From positions 74,090,001 to 74,154,000 of the forward strand of contig NC_043006.1 of NCBI RefSeq assembly GCF_006345805.1: a stretch of DNA of 64,000 nucleotides, read 5' to 3'. Positions 13,859 to 26,085 of the stretch are shown here, piece after piece. Within the stretch, counting starts at the first letter, position 1. Each line of letters begins with the position of its first letter. The notes under the pieces were generated by a model. It searched no databases and was not told the DNA's origin. It saw nothing but the letters and a program-made list of their open reading frames with translations. The position numbers and the translations under genes are program-made. The DNA is from Octopus sinensis. Its lineage: Eukaryota.

Positions 13859-15391
13859 ATGTTTATATTGTGGTGTGTCTACGTACGTATGTTTGAATAA
13901 ATTCATATATTACCAACACATTTCTCCCCGTGTCAATGAAAGAAGTCATTATTTCCCATTTGATTAAAGTTCGTAATTATTTCTGATATGTGCATAAAGA
14001 TATGAATTTGTTTATTAATATGAATTATTCCAATAGCTAGATAACCTTATTTCTTGATACTCCAGAGAAGAATCATTCTCGGGATTTAAACTCGGAACCT
14101 AAATTTAGAATGTATATTCTAAGTTCAAATCCTGCTATGCACAACTTTACCCTTCGTCTTTTCAGGCTCGTTAAATATATTGCAAGCCAGGTGTTATAAT
14201 TGATAAAATGCATTAACCCTTCTCAATACTTCCCTGGTCTTATGCTTATGATAGCATGTGTTATTTTATTGTATCTTGGTAAATGAGTAAAAAGAGACAA
14301 TATATATAAAATATATCAAAACTTGTTAAGATTTGAGCCCGGAGTGTATGAGCATGCAAGTATATATTACATCGCATTTCATCCTACGGAACATCACTGC
14401 TTACATAATTTCGCACCTGTCTTCAAGTAAATAAAATAAAAAGACAAAAGTACGTTGATCAGAACATAGAAGAGAGTAGACTTTAATGTCATTTTCATGT
14501 ACGGGAAGTTGGAACCAGTCCATAAAATGCTTAGGTGAACAGATTCAACCAGAATAGAATGTGAGTTAGTGCTTTAAATGTCATGTCATGAAAACAATCC
14601 ATTCCATATTTCTGATCTGAATTCTACGACTTTTATAAGATTGTAGTTTTCTCATGCCATTGACATGCGAATAAAGAAAATATTTAAATATAATGTAGAA
14701 AAATATATAGTTACAGGAAATTACGTGATGCCGCACAGCTGGTTATCACTGCAATCGTCAGATATATATTTCTTAAAACAATAGGACGATTCAATCAATA
14801 TAGCAAAAGCTAGCAGAACCAAAATGAAGGATAGAAGTGGATGGTGAAAGGGAAAGTTGATGATATGATTGTAGTCTGGAGAAGACTGGAAATGAAAAAC
14901 AAATGATGTAAGTCGAGAAAAGACAGCAAATGAGTTATGTTAAAGCCATTCTATTCTAGCATTTAAATTACACATCATTGTTATTTACCTTCTAACACCA
15001 AAGTAAATGAATGTTAATTGCTGAACTGTATGAAATCAACGCGCTAATAAATTGTATTGATCTGTTAGATGCTGGCACATGATCACAATCTATATACGCT
15101 TTCGTAGGTCAATTAATTCACCAATGAGAGTGATTTCAACGTGTCCAGCTCTTTCCCTTATTTGCATTAAAGTGGATTGGAATTAATGTGTTATACAATG
15201 CTGCTCCAAAGTAGCACTGCATGTGATTAGATATTAATTCACTATAGTCGTAAGGAACCTATGCAGTGAAGAAGGTCGTTGTAAGACTGATATGACTTCG
15301 AGTTTGATCTCACTGTTCAGCACCTAAGTCCGTGTCTTCTACCATAGCTTCGCATTACCTAAGGGTCGGTATCAGCCAAATGATAATCTGG

Positions 15392-15564
15392 GCCGTAACG
15401 TTCTGAGTTCAAATTCCGCCGAGGTCGACTTTGCCTTTCATCCATTCGAGGTCGATAAATTAAGTACCAGTTATGCACTGGGGTCAATGTAATCGACTTA
15501 ATCCGTTTGTCTGTCCTTGTTTGTCCCCTCCATGTTTAGCCCCTTGTGGGTAATAAAGAAATAG
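15392..15564 (+). mobile_element. SINE group A, 5'-truncated, tail 2
   Basis: gttctgagttcaaattccgccgaggtcgac...gggtaataaagaaatag. Confidence 0.85.
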
Positions 15565-16878
15565 ATAATCTGGGGCAATAAGAAATTATCTAACAATAAT
15601 GGTGCTCTGGTGGATGGATACATTGCGTTGTTTCTCTCTGTCCCTTGTGTTCTGAATTCAACTTCTGCCATGGTTAATCAGGATCGTCGCAGTCTGTCAT
15701 CTGAAACCTAAGATACCTTTAGTGTAATGCGCTCATATGCAAGCATTAAGGTCAGGTCTCCGGTTGGTGGATATTTTTCACCTGCTCAGCAACCAGCTTT
15801 GCCTTACCTCCTGATTCGAAGACAAAAACAGGGGGTTCTATTTAATACTAGCACATCACTCTTATGTTCTTTTAATAGAGTCCATACAAACATTTACATA
15901 ATTTGAAAACCATTCAGACCCTATCTCTCATCGGTTTTTTGGACCCTGAAATGAGTTGTCATGCCTACCGTTCCTCATCAAAGTAAACCAAAAATAATGA
16001 TGGATTGACGCAATCGGTAGGGTATCGTGCAAAGTACTTTGTGATAATTGCGTCCTTTTACGTTCTAAATTTAAACCTGTTCTAAGTCCATTTAGATTTT
16101 TAATCTGTTGAGATCGATGAAGTAATTAGCAGTTAACTTCTGTAATCGATTTCATCGATTGCATTACTGCACAAAAAAGGCATTGTGTTGTCTCTTCGAC
16201 TGAAGTCTTCAATTCTGCAGTAATTGAAAAGAACTAAGAATTTTTAGACACTTTTACACGCATATTCACACACAAAACACACATGTTCACACACACGCAC
16301 ATACACACATGTACATTATCACATACATGTACATTACCACATACATGCACATTATCATATACATATACATTATTACATTGCAAGCGCGTCGGTGTCAATA
16401 TATCTGTGTGTGTGTCTCCATAGACGAATGCCTGTGCACGTTTACTTACACATCTTGTGTGGATGCATATCGATTATGAATATAAAATAAATCTTTGCAG
16501 CACTTTCGTATGCAGAGTTTTCATTGATAGATCTTAATGAACATTTTTATCATAATTACTAATTTAAAAAAAAATTTATTACGTACGATAACTGCATTTC
16601 TACTGTGTTAATATAGGACAAATATGCATTCGTCCTACAATACTATTGATGCTTTTCCTACAACAACAACGACATATTTTAATTAAAATTTTTATGGCCA
16701 GTACTCCGGATGTGCCATAAAAATTATCGCACATTACGAAAGAATAAGCAGTAACTCCATCACTTTTATCAACCTAGCAATGTATATATACATACTAACA
16801 TAAATACATACATTTTATTGTATATATATATATATATATCAATTATAGTCAAGGGAAAAGATCTATATAGGATTTTAT

Positions 16879-17002
16879 GAAGTAGGTAGCATGTAAAAAT
16901 CAATTTAGGTAAACATTAATACAAAGTATTTAATTTTATAAATATAACCATAAAATTATAAGGGTAACTACCGAGTAATGCCACATGCTTGAGGAAGACG
17001 CC
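16879..17002 (+). repeat. ~125-bp dispersed repeat bounded by split hammerhead-like halves (copy 1)
   Basis: Homologous to 31405-31530; starts GAA..GTA-gcatgt and ends acatgc-TTGAGGA. Confidence 0.5.
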
Positions 17003-17038
<36 letters not shown>

Positions 17039-17371
17039 ATACATATATGCAGTGTGTGTCTGTAAGAGTAACTATGGAGGTACGCGTTGGTGTATGGTTA
17101 ATAAGCTTGCTTCCCAACCATGTGATCTTGGATCCAGTCCCGCTATGCTCCACATTGCGCAACTGTCCTTTATTATAGTCCGAACCTCCCAAAGACTTGT
17201 GAGTTGTTATGATGGAAGGGAACTGAAGGAAGCATGCCTTATGCGTGATATGTTTTAATAATTACGAATATTTTTATATATTAATATATTTTATATATAA
17301 AGCATAATATGTTATACATGTATGTATAATTGTGCATTTGTTCCCGTATACTATGTGTTGTGCGTATAGGA

Positions 17372-17451
17372 CATCCTGACGAGGGGAATGTCAATTTTGA
17401 ATATATGATGTCTCATATTAATTGGCGCGTCTCCGAAACGGCCCGTAGATG
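17372..17451 (+). ncRNA. Type I hammerhead ribozyme with long stem II
   Basis: Stem I catc(17372-75)/gatg(17448-51); core CTGACGA 17376-82; stem II gggga/tctcc extended by tgtcaatt/aattggcg and atatga/tcatat; GAAA 17435-38; stem III ACG-gcc-CGT; cleavage triplet GTA 17445-47. Confidence 0.8.
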
Positions 17452-17909
17452 GACTTCTATGTATCTTTGTAAACTTGTATTTTTGTAAACTTGTATAATT
17501 ATTATCTACTATGTACATTTCTCTAGAATTTTAATTCGTCTTTTAATATGTCATTGTATTTATTTATTATTTATTATTATTTGGATTTCTTTTATTGTAA
17601 CAAATTTATACTAAATGTTTTAAGCGTAAATTCAAGGTGTTATATGCAAAATTTATATTTTTATATGATATATTTATTTATTTGTATATTACTAAATTTT
17701 TAAACGTCGGGCTTTATAGATATAAATGAATATGTGAATATTTGTATGTGTTTGATCCTTCTGTCGATTTTGTAATGTTCCTTTAGTTGTTGCTCGCATT
17801 GCAACCCCTAGATAAAAAAAAGTGTATACAGCTCATTAGAGCACTACTATTTCCAGTCCGTTGTATATCTTGAGCGTTGTTGTCACTCAAGATATAACTT
17901 TATATTTTG

Positions 17910-17953
<44 letters not shown>

Positions 17954-18681
17954 AAAGGGAATGTTTACGAAAATAAACAAAAGACGAAGGCAGGTGGAGT
18001 ACAAACAAACAAATGTATTAGTATAGCGCTTAGGAATAGAAATAGAAAAAGTCTTTTACGTTTCAAGCCTACGCTCTTCGACAGAAAGATACATAGAAAA
18101 AACAAGGAAAGAAAAAAATGCGTGTAGAAGCATATATATATATAGAGAGAGAGATTTATGTGTATGTGGTTCTGTCTATATATGTAAGTGTTTGTACGTG
18201 CGTGTGTATATACACCTTTCATGATGTATATCGATTGAAGGAAATACAACAATTAACTTTCTATCAGAAGACAGCTTTACCCACTCACTATATAGATACG
18301 AATGAAAGGCACAGAGGAAGTGAAAGCGAAACGTGTCGATATTTGAGCGTAAAAGGAAACCGTGAGGAAGAGGTTGGATATGAGCAACTGAATAAGAAAA
18401 TCTAGTCAACAAAAGAGCGAGTGAAGGGAAGAGTATAAAATCTGCGCGGGAAACCAAAAAAAAAAAAAAAATCTGCGCGGGAAATTAGCAGTGAGAATAT
18501 CATTCAAGAATGTCAGATAACTATTGTTATGTTGGCGAATAAAAGGAAATTAAGAAAAGAAATGTCATTAAAACACCTACTTAAAATGAATGTCGAACCT
18601 GTTATTCAAATAGATGGACTGAATGATAAAGTAAAACAGAGAAGCTTAATTTTATTTTAATAATAATAATAATAGCAATCC

Positions 18682-18925
18682 TTTCTACTAAAGGCACAAG
18701 GCGTGAAAGTTGGTGGGTGGTGGTGGGGGGAAGACTAATCGATTATATCAATCCCAGTGCTATACTGGTACTTATTTGATTAACTCTGAAAGGATGAAAG
18801 GTCGACTTTGCCTTTCATCCTTTCGGAGTCGATTAAAGAAGTACCAGTAACGCACTGGGATCGATGTAATCAACTTAATCCCTTTATCTATCCTTTTTTG
18901 TCCCCTCTGTTTAGCAACCTGTGAG
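18682..18925. mobile_element. Fold-back fusion of two headless SINE group A halves
   Basis: gaaaggatgaaagg-tcgactttg-cctttcatcctttc junction; tail type 1 on the left (minus), tail type 2 on the right (plus). Confidence 0.75.
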
Positions 18926-18944
18926 CAATAACAAATAAATGATG

Positions 18945-19019
<75 letters not shown>

Positions 19020-19066
19020 TTATCATCAAATTTACAACAACACTGAATAAGATATTCTTAGTAGCA

Positions 19067-19280
19067 GGCGGCGAGCTAGCAAAATCATTAGCATGACAGG
19101 TAATAGGCTTAGCGACATTTCGCCTCGCCTAATGTTCTGAGTTCAAATTCTGCCGAGGTCGATTTTGCTTTTCATCTTTTCGGAGGTGGATAGAATAAGT
19201 ACTAGTTATGCACTGGTGATCGGGTGAATTGATTTACCCCATCCAACGAAATAGCTGGCCTGGTGCCAACATTTGAAATT
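19067..19280 (+). mobile_element. SINE group A
   Basis: ggcggcgagctagc head plus core, diverged. Confidence 0.75.
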
Positions 19281-20699
19281 ATTATTATCTCTATTATTGT
19301 ATTGTTCCTTTTGTTTTGTTGAGGTATGAGTAGGAATGAAAATTAAGTGGCTGGAACTTTTCACGGATTCATAAACATTGTATCTCATAATACCTTTTCT
19401 GTTATGGAATATACCGAATATGCCAAAAGATTGCATTTCACGCTACTGCGATTGATTTTAAATTCTGTGACATCGATTTAATACTTCATTCAACTAAATC
19501 CAACAGATATAAATATGCTTCTCTAATATCAATATAATCAACATTCTTTGTAGCCGTACATACATACATCACTGTGTAATTACGTACGCGTATATTACAC
19601 ACACACACACATATATACATACACGACGTGCTCCTTTCAGTATACTGCTACCATATCAACTCAGGAACCTTTGGTCGTCCCAAGGTTATAGCAGAAGACA
19701 CTTGCTGCAGGTTTCACGTAGCGAGACTGAATACAGAATATTGTGGCGGGAAAGAATATTTATATACATATGTTCTGAGTTCAAATTCCGCCGAGGTCGA
19801 CTTTGCCGTTCATCCTTCCGGGGTTTATAAATTAAGTACCAGTTGCGTGATCTTTACCTTTTGACCGGCAGCTTGAGAAAATAATTTTTTGTAACTAAAC
19901 GCTAAAGAATATAAATATATATATATAGGTATAATTTTCCTGACCTATATATTTATGTACACGTAGCTTAACCCACTCACTATCACTACTCTTTGGTATT
20001 CCTTTATGTATGAATATATTTCGTTGTTGACGAATGCAATCCATTTTCCTGAAAAAAAAAGTTTGGAAAATGAAACCATAGAATATTGGTATGACTGCTT
20101 TAAATTGTTTCGTTTCTCTCCTCTTTGTATTGAATCAATAATGCTCTTCCCATTTATAGTGTCTAAAATATGTAATTACACTAAAATAATTCAATCTTAT
20201 AGGCCAACCCTCTAAACCTAATTAGAACTTGCATCCTTCACAGAATGGTTCTAAGATGGCCCAACAGCTATATGTCATTGTCGAAAATATCAATGTTTCT
20301 CCCGATTATTTTGTATGGGAAAGCAACAATACAATAATCATTTCTAATATAGGCGCATGGCCCGCAATAATTGAAGGAGACTAGTCAATAAACGTGACCG
20401 AATTTCTTGATTATTAATTGATTGTTTTCAAGACCAGAATGATGAAAGATAAATTTAACTGCGCTGTGATTTGAACTCCAAGTACAGATCTTGAAATATA
20501 TGAATGTATTTTTAGGCGCTCTGAAGCGGATTTGTGACTTAGTCATTGTTTCTAACTGCGGTACAAGATCTATAACTTGTGGGAGTACAGTTCGACGATT
20601 ATATAGTTTTCAGTATTTCATTAATCAATATCTAAAGGTGGAATGGTAGCGTTGATGTCGGTGGCTTGAGAAATCAAAAAATAAAGGCCTGAAACAAAT

Positions 20700-20822
20700 A
20701 TTCATTCAAATTTTGGCACAAGGCCAGCAATCTTAGGGGAGAATAAGTCTATTACATCATCCTCAGTATTCAACTGGTACTTATTTTGTGAACCCGGAAA
20801 GGATGAAAGGCAAAGTCAACCG
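20700..20822 (-). mobile_element. SINE group A, 3' half
   Basis: Core and tail homology; abuts the TIR element. Confidence 0.7.
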
Positions 20823-21327
20823 GGTTAGATCCGTAACAAACATGGATCTATTCCATCTCAATCACAGATCTTTTTATTAATTTTCTTTTTAACTAAACAG
20901 TGTGAAATTTCGAATACTGGTAGAATTTTTTACGTAGAACACGGTTTATTCTGAACGTGTTTGACAAAATTTCCTATTATAGAATTTATTTCGTATTAAA
21001 TTTGTATTTGGGTAATTTCAACCAATCGATGACGTGTATTCGATTGAAGAAAGCAACTGCTGTTTGTGATAGTAATCGAAGAGGAAGAACTTCCATATCA
21101 TCTCTACTAAATGTCAAAAGTCTGTTCTAATCGTCAACTTTATCCTTCCTTCCTTTCTAGTCAGCACCGTGCATTCCTTACTCTTTCTCTCCTGTATACA
21201 CAATGAACTAGCAAGCGACCTTGTCACTGCCACTACAATTACTGCATTTTCCGGTATATAAACCGCTATTTGTTTTACCTTCTTGTTTCTTTAATGGTAG
21301 TTTTAATCTAGTAAAGACTATTATATT

Positions 21328-22302
21328 TATTTCTTTATTGCCACAGGGGGCTAAACATATAGGGGACAAACAAGGACAGACAAAGGGATTAAGTCGATTA
21401 CATCGATCCCAGTATGTAACTAGTATTAATTTAATCGACCCCGAAAGGATTAAAGGCAAAGACGAACTCGGCGGATTTGAACTCAGAACGTAATAGCTGA
21501 CGAAATATCGCGAAGCATTTCGCCCGGCGCGCTAACGTTTCTTTTCTACTCTAGGCACAAGGCCCGAAAATTCTGGGGAGGAGAGCCAGTCGATTAGATC
21601 GACCCCAGTACGCAACTGGTACTTAATTTTTCGACACCGAAAGGAAGAAAAGCAAAATCGCCCTCGGCGGAATTTGAACTCAGAACGTAACAGCAGACGA
21701 AATACCTATTTCTTTACTACCCACAACGGGCTAAACACAGAGGGGACGAACAAGGACAGACAAACAGATTAAGTCGATTGTATCGACCCCAGTGCGTAAC
21801 AGGTACTTATTTAATCGACCCCGAAAGGATGAAAAGCAAAGTCGACCTCGTCGGAATTTGAACTCACAACGTAACAGCAGACAAAATACCTATTTCTTTA
21901 CTACCCTCAAGGGGCTAAACATAGAGGGAACGAACAAGGACAGACAAACGGATTAAGTCGATTACATCGACCCCAGAGTTCAACTGGTACTTAACTTATC
22001 GACCCCGAATGGATGAAAGGCAAAGTCGACCTCAGCGGAATTTGAACTCAGAACGTAACGGCAGACAAAATACCTATTTCTTTATTACCCACAAGGGGCT
22101 AAACACAGAGGGGACAAACAAGGACAGACATAGGTATTAAGTCGATTACATCGACTCCAGTGCGTAACTGGTACTTAATTTATCGACCCCGAAAGGATGA
22201 AAGGCAAAGTCGACCTCGGCGGAATTTGAACTCACAACGTAACGCAGACAAAATACCGTTAAGCATTTCGTTGACGTGCTAACGTTTCTGACAGCTCGCC
22301 GC
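21328..22302 (-). mobile_element. Tandem array of five SINE group A units (184-bp internal period)
   Basis: Identical junctions aatac|ctatttc at 21705/6, 21889/90 and 22073/4; full head ggcggcgagctg at 22302. Confidence 0.9.
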
Positions 22303-22725
22303 CTTATTAAAGACATTTATATTGACGAAATGCGTTTGTTGTTGATTATAGTAAGATTAAAATCATGACAATAACAATACATCTCATAGTTGTAAAATAA
22401 GGCATTTTAAAACTATATATGCGTGAACAGTAAAAAAGCCAGCTGCGGACTCGTTCCTCTATGATGTTGATTATTCGAACAGAGTGGTGACATTTAGTAG
22501 AGATAACCCGGAACGTGTTCCTCTTCGATTACTATCGCAAACAACTGTAATTTTCTTCAACCGATTACACGTCGTTGATTGACTCAAATTACCCGAATAA
22601 AACAAATTTAACACGAAATAACTTCTAACATAAGAAATTTTGTCAAAAACGTTCAGAGTAAACCGTGTTCTACGCTAGAATTTCTACCGGTATTCGAAGT
22701 TTCAAACTGTTTAGTTAAAAAAATT

Positions 22726-22940
22726 ATTTTCTACTCTAGGCACAAGGCCAGAAATTGGTGTGTGTGTGTGTGTGTGTGTATGGGGAGAGGGGCAGTATGC
22801 AACTGGTACTTAATTTATCAACCCTGGAAGGATGAAAGGCAAAGTCGACCTTGGCGGAATTTGAACTCAGAACATGAGGAGAGACGAAATATCGCTAAGC
22901 ATTTCACCCGGCGTGCTAACGTTTCTGCCAGGTCGCCGCC
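22726..22940 (-). mobile_element. SINE group A nested in the right TIR of the 20844-22991 element
   Basis: Full head and tail 1; interrupts the TIR homology. Confidence 0.85.
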
Positions 22941-23845
22941 TTGTTATAAAAAAGTTAATTAAAAAATCTGTGATTTTGTTGGAATAGATCCACAAACATT
23001 TGTTAGAGCGCTACTGTATTTTTACTACTGATCAATTGCCACGGTTTTACCGTAATAATGACTTTAATTTTGGGGTCAAAGTCAGTTTTACGAGAGGGTG
23101 CATAATTGATTTCATCGAGTACAATAAATGTCTGTTACTTCAATTCATTAACCCAAGAGAGACGAAAGGCAAAATTGATCCCAGTGGAATTTGAACTCAG
23201 AACTTAACGATTTGGAAACAGTTCGGCTTGAAATATTGTCTGGCACTACAATGATTCTACAAATTTGCTACCTTTCACTTTTAGCGAAAGAGTTTAACGA
23301 ACTTAATAAATATTTTGATAAAAAAATTTCTGATTTGTACACACATACACACACACTTGCGCACACATAAACGCAAGCTCACATTTATATTGAAATAAAA
23401 GTTACTACTTGCACTAGACATTGTAGCTCTTTTCCACTAACGTGTGAAAGAAACATTTTGGTTTGGTATACGTCTCTATAAGTGATATGAATTTTAGATA
23501 TTTCACAGCTTTCTCTTGCTTTATTATTTCACCTTATACAGCACAAAATATAACGGCGTTTGTTAGTTGGGGAAAATAAAATTAAATAAAAATCAAAACG
23601 AAATACCGTTGCAGTGCTGAATATAAAATTAGAGTGAAAAATACTTTATTTTATTATAAGCAGACATACACAGTTATCTATTATAGTGTTCGCTAAGTGT
23701 CACATATATTCTGTATTTAACACAACATAGTTTCCTGTTGTATTTTATTCTTTTGAACAGAGATAAAGCCGAAATATGCCACTACAAAATAGATTACATT
23801 ATTTGATAATCTATATAGCAAGAGATTCAGTGAAAACAATAGCTG

Positions 23846-23878
<33 letters not shown>

Positions 23879-23881
<3 letters not shown>

Positions 23882-24189
23882 CGTGATCACCGTGTCCGAC
23901 CAGGCCATCAGATGTTCGTCATACATCGCTGGTCACAATGCGCTTCGCATTGTTTTAGCCTTCAAATGACGCCACCCCACTGGCTAAGCGAGCAGGCCAA
24001 CAGAAGGAAGAGTGAGAGAAGGTTGTGGCGAAAGAGTATAGCAGGAATCGCCACCACAACCCCTGCCGGAGCCTCGTGGAGCTTTAGGTGTTTTCGCTCA
24101 ATAAACACTCACAACGCCCGGTCTGGGAATCGAAACCGCGATCCTACGACTGCGAGTCCGCTGCCCTAACCACTAGGCCATTGCGCCTC

Positions 24190-24192
<3 letters not shown>
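23879..24192 (-). mobile_element. SINE group B (head B1, third tail type)
   Basis: Head identical in type to the 6434 head; tail ggctaaaacaatgcgaagcgcattgtgacc also occurs alone near 13730-13815. Confidence 0.85.
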
Positions 24193-24243
<51 letters not shown>

Positions 24244-24478
24244 CACACACACACACTGAAATATCTAATCATCAAGTACAGTCTTAGGTTTGTGTAACAT
24301 GGTATCGAGGCCAAAAGCGTATGGAACCCTACTGTGTGAGGTGCGTTTATCTATGTATAGTAAATGTTGCTGATGTTGCTGTTATTTGATGACGAGGTTA
24401 TTCATGATCGAGAACACGTTTGTTCAAACACATTTTATTCGTAATGTGTGTGTGTGTGTGTGTATACGCGCGTGCTTG

Positions 24479-24693
24479 CGAGGGGATGCTGAAGAGTTCC
24501 TGACATTATGTTGTCATAGAAGGCTTGGTTGGATGCTCAAACTTCCGAGTTCTTTTACAAGTCTTAGAAAATCTTAAGCGCCACTGCAATAAATTTGTGA
24601 ATCTGAGAAGGGAATATGTTGAATAAAATCATAATTAACAGATTCCCCTATATTTTCTTGTACCCCAAATCGTGGACTTTCAGCACCCCTTGG
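24479..24693 (+). mobile_element. Mariner-type MITE, copy 1
   Basis: TIRs cgaggggatgctgaagagttcc / ggactttcagcacccctt; homologous to 25405-25611 in the opposite orientation. Confidence 0.7.
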
Positions 24694-24908
24694 TATGTGT
24701 ATGTAGGAATACATATATTTATTCACTCACACACACACGTGAGCACAGGCAAGTGATGTTCTCCGCACATTTAAATATGTTTTCTTTTACTTGTTACTGT
24801 CCTGCCGGAGTAGTGTAACGTGTCTATGATTGTATAGATTCATTGGTTGTTTAGTTGTGTGATAGAGTTTGCTACAAGAGTTTGATTTGAACATTATAGG
24901 GAAATACA

Positions 24909-25165
24909 AGGGCGGCGAGCTGGCAGGAACGTTTGCACGCCGTGCAAAATGCATAGAGGGAATTTCGTCAGTCTTTACTTTCTGAGTTCAGATTCAGCCG
25001 AGGTCGACTTTGCCTTTCATCCTTTCTGGGGTCGATAAATTAAGTACCAGTTGCGTACTGGGGTCGATCTAATATGAGGCCGACTTTGTCTTTCATCCTC
25101 TCAGGATCGATATAATAGGACCAGCTGAGCACCGGAGGCAACGTAATCGACGTCACTACTCCTGG
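24909..25165 (+). mobile_element. SINE group A plus a second partial core
   Basis: gggcggcgagctggcagg head; core repeated at about 25075-25165. Confidence 0.75.
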
Positions 25166-25404
25166 CGAAGATTATAAAATCTGCATCCTGCTGCCTAGCT
25201 ATGGCGAGCCAGTGTGACAGAGTACGCTCATAAAACCAGTATAATCTCGAACCCAAATTCCAGGTCTGCACATCAAACAGTGACCAGTAGAGTGAACACG
25301 CTGAGGCTTTCGTCTTGTAGTGGACTGAACATAGGTAAATTAATCCAAAACCGTTTCATAAATATTTAACGAAGTCATAAAGGTATTATATTGTGTGTAT
25401 ATAA

Positions 25405-25611
25405 CGAGGGTGTGCTGAAAAGTTCCTAGTTTGGGGTAAAAGAAAACACAGGAGGATCAGTTGTGATTTTATTCAACATAGTCCTCTGTCAGATTCACAT
25501 ACTTATTGCAGCAGTCAGTTTTCCAAATCCTGCAAATGAACTCGGATTGTTGGGCCTCTAACCAGGCCTTTTGCGATACCCTCAAAATCAGGAACATTTC
25601 AGCACCTGTCG
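25405..25611 (-). mobile_element. Mariner-type MITE, copy 2 (inverted relative to copy 1)
   Basis: TIRs cgagggtgtgctgaaaagttcc / ggaacatttcagcacctgtcg followed by TA. Confidence 0.7.
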
Positions 25612-26033
25612 TATATGTAAGTGCATGAATGTCTGTGTGGTGGTGGTGGGGGGTGCGCGCGTATGTGTGTCTCCATATATGTTTATATATGTGTGTGTGT
25701 GTGTGTGTATGTGTTGATAGGCTATTTGAAAATAGCAATTTTTGAAACAAAACATGATTGATTATAATGTTTCAATAAAAAACATCTCGCGGAATCCGAA
25801 GGCTTTTGTGACGGAACCTCACTGGAATGATGCAATATATGAATCTAATAAATGAATGCCTTCATCAAAACAAGTGGTTTTGGAATATATTATGCCCGAT
25901 TTTGGATCTGATTCCCAGTAACTCTCGAAACTTATTTCTCAACTACTTCACATAATATCATATCGAGTAAAACATTATCGTTATCACATCAAACGACATC
26001 TACAGAGTGACAAGACCCTGGTAGTAATCGAGC

Positions 26034-26085
<52 letters not shown>

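Larger units (their letters stand above)
20844..22991. mobile_element. Non-autonomous TIR element with ~300-bp TIRs and 8-bp TSD (Merlin-like), carrying nested SINEs
   Basis: Termini ggatctattcc/ggaatagatcc; exact TSD acaaacat (20836-43, 22992-99); 20844 to ~21140 is the inverted homolog of ~22465-22991 once the nested SINE is removed. Confidence 0.8.

Noticed and set aside
14385-14430. Hammerhead-like ttgaaga-caggtgc-gaaattatgta on the minus strand
   Set aside because: Stem II cannot form and the cleavage triplet does not register with stem I.
21180-21290. Possible Merlin transposase remnant KQIAVYIPENAVIV inside the TIR element
   Set aside because: Similarity is too weak to call by eye; it needs an HMM search.
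21328-22302. CRISPR-like regular repeat array
   Set aside because: The units are 184-bp SINE modules with no unique spacers and no cas genes; the context is eukaryotic.
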